The notes beneath the pieces were generated by a model, which worked only from the letters and a program-made list of their open reading frames with translations, did no database searches and was not told the origin of the DNA. A stretch of 64,000 bases of DNA from a virus, in the IMG/VR virus record IMGVR_UViG_3300009502_000041, positions 1-64,000 of that record; one strand, written 5' to 3'. Positions 58,834 through 64,000 of the stretch are shown here, piece by piece (position 1 is the first letter of the stretch; each line of letters begins with the position of its first letter). A program made the position numbers and the translations under genes.

Positions 58834-59937
58834 ATGGCAAAAATAGAAGAAGTTCCCTCAAACGATAAGGGACGTAAACCAACAGCGAAAAAAACATTTT
58901 CTTTGGATGATTTTAAGAAAAAAATAGGGGGAGAAGATATACCAGATAAACCATTACTTTGGATTCCAATTGATAGTGCATTGGAAAATGTTACAGGTAT
59001 GCCCGGTTTTCCGAAAGGATACATATCAACCTGTTGTGGTTTTTCGAACAGTGGAAAATCTACTGCAATTTGTTTAGGAATTGTTTCTGCACAGAAAATG
59101 GGATTACTACCAATAATTATTGATTTAGAAAATAATTTAAGTAAATATAGGTTAACCACAATGGGATTTGATTGGGATGGTGATTATATTTTTATTGATA
59201 ATGAATATTTACTTACAAATTTTGGTAAAGTTAGCGATAAGACTAGAAATTATGCCTCAATTGAAGATTTGGCTAATTGCATAAGATTCTTTTTAAAGGA
59301 GCAAGAATTGGGAAATATACCATATGACATGGTGTTTGCAATCGATTCTATTGGTACGTTAAATTGTAATAAAACAATTAATGCTGCTGAAAAAAATGAG
59401 TCAGATTCAAATTTCTGGAATGCTGGTGCATACGAAAAAGAATTTATGTACCTATTTAATGATGTAATTCCAAACAGTAGAAAATCAAATAAGCCGTATA
59501 CTAATACAGTTATTGCCGTTCAAAAAATAGGCAGAGATGCTATGAATAATACCATAACCATGAAAGGTGGACGTACTTGGGAATATGTACCAAGATTGCA
59601 ATATTATTTTGGGGGTATTTTATCTAAGGGGGTTAAAAAAATCACAGCCGTTTCAAAAAAGAAAGAAATTTCATATGGGGTTTCCGTAAAGGTAAATATT
59701 TTGAAAAACCAGATCGACGGCCCGCTTGGTGGTATTTCGATGGAAGGTTCAATTATATCAGTGCCACACGGTTTTATTACTGCAGAAGGGATTGAGGAAT
59801 ATAAAAAGAAAAATATTTTATATTTCCGTAATTTATTTGGAAACGATGAATTAACTGTTGATGACATTAGTACTGGTGAACGAATTGAAGGTAGTGATGG
59901 TAAATTATTATATGATTTTATTGATAAGTCTGAATAA
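58834..59937 (+). CDS. uvsX: RecA/UvsX-like recombinase
   Basis: G.PGFPKG, Walker A GFSNSGKST, IIIDLE, Walker B FAIDSIG, TMKGG, ILKNQI. Confidence 0.88.
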   Translation: MAKIEEVPSNDKGRKPTAKKTFSLDDFKKKIGGEDIPDKPLLWIPIDSALENVTGMPGFPKGYISTCCGFSNSGKSTAICLGIVSAQKMGLLPIIIDLENNLSKYRLTTMGFDWDGDYIFIDNEYLLTNFGKVSDKTRNYASIEDLANCIRFFLKEQELGNIPYDMVFAIDSIGTLNCNKTINAAEKNESDSNFWNAGAYEKEFMYLFNDVIPNSRKSNKPYTNTVIAVQKIGRDAMNNTITMKGGRTWEYVPRLQYYFGGILSKGVKKITAVSKKKEISYGVSVKVNILKNQIDGPLGGISMEGSIISVPHGFITAEGIEEYKKKNILYFRNLFGNDELTVDDISTGERIEGSDGKLLYDFIDKSE

Positions 59938-59986
59938 GGGATATAATATAAATAAAAATAACTATTTAACTGAGAAATAAATTTTA

Positions 59987-60023
59987 AAAATATTGTGGAA
60001 GTTTAATATTTCCACAATATTTT
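59987..60023 (+). terminator. hairpin upstream of the GIY-YIG gene
   Basis: AAAATATTGTGGAA / TTCCACAATATTTT 14-bp stem. Confidence 0.7.
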
Positions 60024-60032
60024 AATTAAACA

Positions 60033-61418
60033 ATGAAACCTATTAATTATTGGACATACGAAAATTGTAAAGTAGAAGCATTGAAATACCACAATAGGGT
60101 TGATTTTAGAATAAAATCCAGCGGTGCTTATTATTCGTCCCGTAAAAATGGGTGGCTAGAGGAAATTTGTTCACACATTATAAACAAGAAAAAAACAAGT
60201 AATTATTGGACTTATGATAAGTGTAAAGAAGAGGCATTAAAATATAAAACAACAAATGAGTTTAAACTAAATTCCGTGGGGGCATATGGATCATCAAAGA
60301 GAAATGGGTGGATGGTGAAAATATGTTTACATATGATCCAAAAGAAAAATTCTAGTTATTGGGAAAATATTGAAAATTGTAAAAACGAAGCATCGAAATA
60401 TAAAAATAGAGGAGAGTTCAAATCAAAATCTAATTTATCATTTAAAATATCTCGTAAAAATGGTTGGTTAAATATTGTTTCTCCACTTACGAATGTCAAT
60501 GCTGCCCCAAATAATTATTGGATATACGAAAGGTGTAAAAAGGAGGCATTAAAGTATTCCACGAGAAGTGAATTTAAAAGGAAATCCATAGGTGCTTATG
60601 CTGCTTGTTTGAGAAACAAATGGGATGATGAATTATTTTCACATATGATAAGAATTGGAAATAGATATTTAAAATGTGTTTATGTTTATGAGTTTTCTGA
60701 TAATTGTGCGTATGTTGGACTTACATATAATATGGAAAGTAGAACTCATGATAGAAATAAAACTGCAACCGATTCTGTTACAAAACATATTAAAGAAACG
60801 GGGATAAAAAACCCAACATTAAAACTGTTAACTGATTATATTAATGTTGATGAGGCGGTTATTTTAGAAGAAAAATATGTGAAAGAATATAAAAATAATG
60901 GTTGGTGTTTATTAAATAGTGCAAAAACTGGTAGTGTTGGTAGTGTTAGAAAATGGAACAAAGAAAAGTGTTTGAATGTTGCATTAAGATGTAAAACATA
61001 TGGTGAATTTAGTAAAAATTTTTCTGGGGCGTACCAATGTGCCTGTACAAACGGTTGGTTGAATGAAATTTGTTCTCATTTAACAAGAAAAAATAAAAAA
61101 GGGGGTTATTGGACAAAAGAATTGTGTAAATTGGAATTCTTGAAATATAAAACACTAAAGGAAATAAGATTAAATTCCAAAACGGCATATTCTAAGGCAT
61201 CTAAGAATGGATGGCTCAGTGAATTAAATTCGCATATGATAAGGTTTGTAAAAAGTAGAGGATATTGGACAAAAGAACGTTGTTTAGAAGAGGCACTTAA
61301 ACATTTTAAAAAAACTGAGTTTCGTAAAAAAAATGGAAGCACATATGTTATTGCATGCAAAAATGGTTGGCTAAATGATATTTGCTCTCATATGATCAAA
61401 AAAGAACCTAAATTATGA
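60033..61418 (+). CDS. GIY-YIG homing endonuclease flanked by ~53-aa repeats
   Basis: Central CVYVYEFSDNCAYVGLTYN..R and LEE..LLN; seven W..E.C..EALKY..EF..SGAY..KNGWL.EICSHM-type repeats. Confidence 0.8.
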   Translation: MKPINYWTYENCKVEALKYHNRVDFRIKSSGAYYSSRKNGWLEEICSHIINKKKTSNYWTYDKCKEEALKYKTTNEFKLNSVGAYGSSKRNGWMVKICLHMIQKKNSSYWENIENCKNEASKYKNRGEFKSKSNLSFKISRKNGWLNIVSPLTNVNAAPNNYWIYERCKKEALKYSTRSEFKRKSIGAYAACLRNKWDDELFSHMIRIGNRYLKCVYVYEFSDNCAYVGLTYNMESRTHDRNKTATDSVTKHIKETGIKNPTLKLLTDYINVDEAVILEEKYVKEYKNNGWCLLNSAKTGSVGSVRKWNKEKCLNVALRCKTYGEFSKNFSGAYQCACTNGWLNEICSHLTRKNKKGGYWTKELCKLEFLKYKTLKEIRLNSKTAYSKASKNGWLSELNSHMIRFVKSRGYWTKERCLEEALKHFKKTEFRKKNGSTYVIACKNGWLNDICSHMIKKEPKL

Positions 61419-62467
61419 AAACCCGCACATTATTAATTGATGGATCATATTTATTGAAACGTTCGTTTCATGGGGCTAAAGACATTTACAATTCTAAAGG
61501 AATACATATTGGTGCAATATATCAATTTTTAACCACCGTAAGAATGTTAATATCAAAACACGCAATAAACCGCTGTGTGGTTTTCTGGGACGGTGATCAA
61601 GGAGGAAAACAACGTTATTTAATTAGTTCTGATTATAAAAGTAACAGAAAAAATAAGGATTGGCATAATAGAATCGAGCTTTCTGATTTCGAAATAAAAA
61701 AAGAGAAAGAAAAAGAAGAATCGATTTTATATCAACGAATAAAAATTAAAAATTATCTTGAGAACGTTTTTATAAAACAAATTGAGGTGTTAGAATGTGA
61801 GGCAGATGACCTAATTGCCAAGTATTGTATTGAACATAATAATAAGGAAGAGCTATTTTTATTCACAAATGACCGTGACTTCGCTCAACTTTTATATTTA
61901 AATATGGTCATAATTTTTGGTAACATACCCGAACCTGTTAATAAGACTAATTACATGATGCATTTTAATCATCATTATTCAAATGCATTAACATTAAAAA
62001 TAATTTGTGGAGATGTTGCTGATAATATTAAAGGAATTGAGGGAGTTGGTGAGGATACGCTATTAAAATTATTTCCAGAACTAAAATTTAAGCATTTATC
62101 TGATAGGGAGATTTGCACCAAAGCAGACGAGATAAATAAAGATAGAATTTTAAATAAAAAGAAACCTTTAAAATCGTTAGAAAACTTACTTAACAATATT
62201 GAGCGTTTAAAGACTAATTTTAAGCTTATTAATTTGCGTGAGCCAATGCTTAACGAGGAAGCAATTGAAGAGTTAGAGCAGCTAGAAATGCCATTATCTC
62301 CTGATAATAGAGGAAGTAAGTATCTTTATAGATTAATGATGGAAGATGAGTTTTTAAAAGTGTATGGTAGTACATTTGTACAATATGTAGAACCGTTTTA
62401 TACTGTAATAATGTATGAAAAACAATTACTTACAGAATATAGAAAAAATAATAAAAATAGTTTATAA
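61415..62467 (+). CDS. 5'-3' exonuclease/RNase H (FEN/T4 Rnh-like)
   Basis: LLIDGS, FWDG, YKSNR, EADDLIA, TNDRDFAQL, GDVADNIKGIEGVG. Confidence 0.92.
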   Translation: MKTRTLLIDGSYLLKRSFHGAKDIYNSKGIHIGAIYQFLTTVRMLISKHAINRCVVFWDGDQGGKQRYLISSDYKSNRKNKDWHNRIELSDFEIKKEKEKEESILYQRIKIKNYLENVFIKQIEVLECEADDLIAKYCIEHNNKEELFLFTNDRDFAQLLYLNMVIIFGNIPEPVNKTNYMMHFNHHYSNALTLKIICGDVADNIKGIEGVGEDTLLKLFPELKFKHLSDREICTKADEINKDRILNKKKPLKSLENLLNNIERLKTNFKLINLREPMLNEEAIEELEQLEMPLSPDNRGSKYLYRLMMEDEFLKVYGSTFVQYVEPFYTVIMYEKQLLTEYRKNNKNSL

Positions 62468-62472
62468 AACTC

Positions 62473-62503
62473 TTTGTTATTTAGAAAGATTCTCATATAT
62501 TTG
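62473..62503 (+). promoter_or_regulatory. Bacteroidota-type promoter
   Basis: TTTG-N19-TATATTTG. Confidence 0.7.
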
Positions 62504-62534
62504 TGAATATTTAACAATTTAATTATAATTAAAC

Positions 62535-63182
62535 ATGTACGAAAAAGAATATAACAATATGTTCAAGTTCTCCTTGCATCAGGAAGACGTTTTGTTATGC
62601 GAAAAAGTGTTCGATGCTGACCAGTTTAACCCCTTTACCAGATATTCAATTGATATTAGGGAAATTCTTCCACGTGCAATTACTAAATTGCAAAAAACAT
62701 TATCAAAGAAAAGTTATTATACACAAGTGGACGAAGACTTTGATTTGTATCAATATCATCAAAAGATGGTTAATTTATATATACCTGAATATAGAGGTTT
62801 TATGAGATATAATCCACAGCAAGTCGTTCAACAAATTGACAATAAAGTTATCAGGGGTGTTGAAAATAAAATAGGATTCTATATCAACGATAAGCCTATT
62901 GTTGAAAGAACTTTTTATGTTGATGGTTTTAATCCTATTGCTAGATGGTCATTTGATATTGTAGACGCAGTAAGTGATATCAGTGATGCAATTTACGATC
63001 AGATTAAAAAAATTGACATTAAAAATATGTGGGATGATTATGATTTGATTAATGTATATGGATACTCGATTTCTCAAATTAGAGAATTCTCACCCGCAAA
63101 AAGAGAAGATTTATTAAGAAAAATTAGAGGAAATGTTTCGTATGGTGTACATTCAATGACACTAACCTCAACAGGAAACTAA
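62535..63182 (+). CDS. hypothetical protein (internal duplication)
   Basis: CEKVFDADQFNPFTRYSIDI versus VERTFYVDGFNPIARWSFDI. Confidence 0.75.
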   Translation: MYEKEYNNMFKFSLHQEDVLLCEKVFDADQFNPFTRYSIDIREILPRAITKLQKTLSKKSYYTQVDEDFDLYQYHQKMVNLYIPEYRGFMRYNPQQVVQQIDNKVIRGVENKIGFYINDKPIVERTFYVDGFNPIARWSFDIVDAVSDISDAIYDQIKKIDIKNMWDDYDLINVYGYSISQIREFSPAKREDLLRKIRGNVSYGVHSMTLTSTGN

Positions 63183-63273
63183 TTGTTTTGTAATACAATT
63201 CAACAAATTTTTTATTTTATAAGGTAGTTGCATAATTTGGTTTATGTGACTACCGTTATACACCCAATTCAAA

Positions 63274-64000
63274 ATGAGCGAAACAACAGAAAATACTCTC
63301 TCTTCGTATCTCGGTCCTGAATTTCAAACACATCTCATGTGGCAATTACTGGTTGAGCCAGAGTTTGCAGAAAAAACAATATCTAGTTTGGCTATCGAAT
63401 ATTTCGATGACCCAAATCTTAAGAGATTATTTATAATTGTGCTTGAGTTTTATAAAGAATTTGGCAGAGTTCCAAATTTACAGAATCAGAGTATCCATCA
63501 AGCAATTAATAAATATAAAACACCCAACAACTATATTGAAGAAGAATCGCTTTTTTCCGTAATTAAACGAATTAGTTTATGGAATGAAATGATTATTAAC
63601 AAACAAATGTTATATAATGGGGATGTTGTCCAAAAAACCACCAACAATTTCATTAAACAACAAGAATATCGTAAATTAGCTGAATATATTTTGGATAAGA
63701 CCAAAAATGGTGAAATTAAAAATAAGTTTATTGTCTCGCATATAGAAGATAAGTTTCAGAAGATTACCCATATTGGTGAAGAGAATGATGATTGCGAAGA
63801 AGTGTTCGAAAATATTGATCGTGCGCTAAGAAAAGAATTCAGACAAACAATCCCAACAGGTGTCGATGTAATTGATACATTAACTGGTGGCGGATTAGGT
63901 AAGGGTGAAATTGGTTTAATATTAAGTCCTTCGGGAGTGGGAAAATCGACATTGCTAACCAAAATTGCCAATACTGCTTATGAAGAAGAAAAAAATGTTG
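63274..64000 (+). CDS. DnaB-like replicative helicase (partial; runs off the window)
   Basis: Hand-translated MSETTENTLSSYLGPEFQ...IPTGVDVIDTLTGGGLGKGEIGLILSPSGVGKSTLLTKIAN (Walker A). Confidence 0.9.
   Translation, partial: MSETTENTLSSYLGPEFQTHLMWQLLVEPEFAEKTISSLAIEYFDDPNLKRLFIIVLEFYKEFGRVPNLQNQSIHQAINKYKTPNNYIEEESLFSVIKRISLWNEMIINKQMLYNGDVVQKTTNNFIKQQEYRKLAEYILDKTKNGEIKNKFIVSHIEDKFQKITHIGEENDDCEEVFENIDRALRKEFRQTIPTGVDVIDTLTGGGLGKGEIGLILSPSGVGKSTLLTKIANTAYEEEKNV

Noticed and set aside
63756-63971. 71-aa minus-strand ORF and other short opposite-strand ORFs in the track
   Set aside because: Antisense to well-supported genes (here the helicase Walker A region).
1-64000. Stop-codon reassignment, as in some Bacteroidota phages
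   Set aside because: Core genes are full-length in code 11 and TAA, TAG and TGA all occur as plausible stops.
1-64000. CRISPR array or tRNA genes
   Set aside because: No regularly spaced repeat-spacer units or cloverleaf with T-loop/CCA seen by eye; tandem repeats found are coding.
58834-64000. Inteins or introns in uvsX, rnh or the helicase
   Set aside because: ORFs are of normal length with no intein splice motifs in the visible part; the neighbouring GIY-YIG gene is free-standing.

Overview
A 64-kb, very AT-rich segment of a large T4-like contractile-tailed (jumbo-type) phage genome, readable in the standard genetic code. Host-type promoters (TTG-N19-20-TAnnTTTG) and A-rich, Shine-Dalgarno-poor start contexts point to a Bacteroidota host. 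The window holds: (1) nucleotide and replication genes (thyA, PD-(D/E)XK exonuclease, phoH, gp32-like SSB, UvsX/RecA, 5'-3' exonuclease, partial DnaB-like helicase); (2) tail and baseplate genes (gp15-like, sheath, tube, gp5-like spike, chaperone with a probable -1 frameshift, tape measure, OmpA-domain hub, gp53/LysM-like) plus a gp55-like late sigma factor and a recurring GTATTTAT late-promoter motif; (3) a ~10.5-kb glycosylation island (about 8 glycosyltransferases including a GT-D, methyltransferases, WecB, HldA/HAD/HldC-like heptose enzymes); (4) probable head-packaged proteins with a shared leader and L-x-E processing sites, and a large Thr/Ser-linker BspA-LRR protein; (5) many homing-endonuclease-like genes and remnants, two as RHH + nuclease cassettes. 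Top hypotheses: phage-encoded glycosylation of a serine/threonine-rich virion adhesin, a protease-processed ejected polyprotein with a cryptic signal peptide, and a promoter-flanked structured GC-rich island that may be an ncRNA or R-loop origin. All family calls are from motif recognition by eye; no searches were run.
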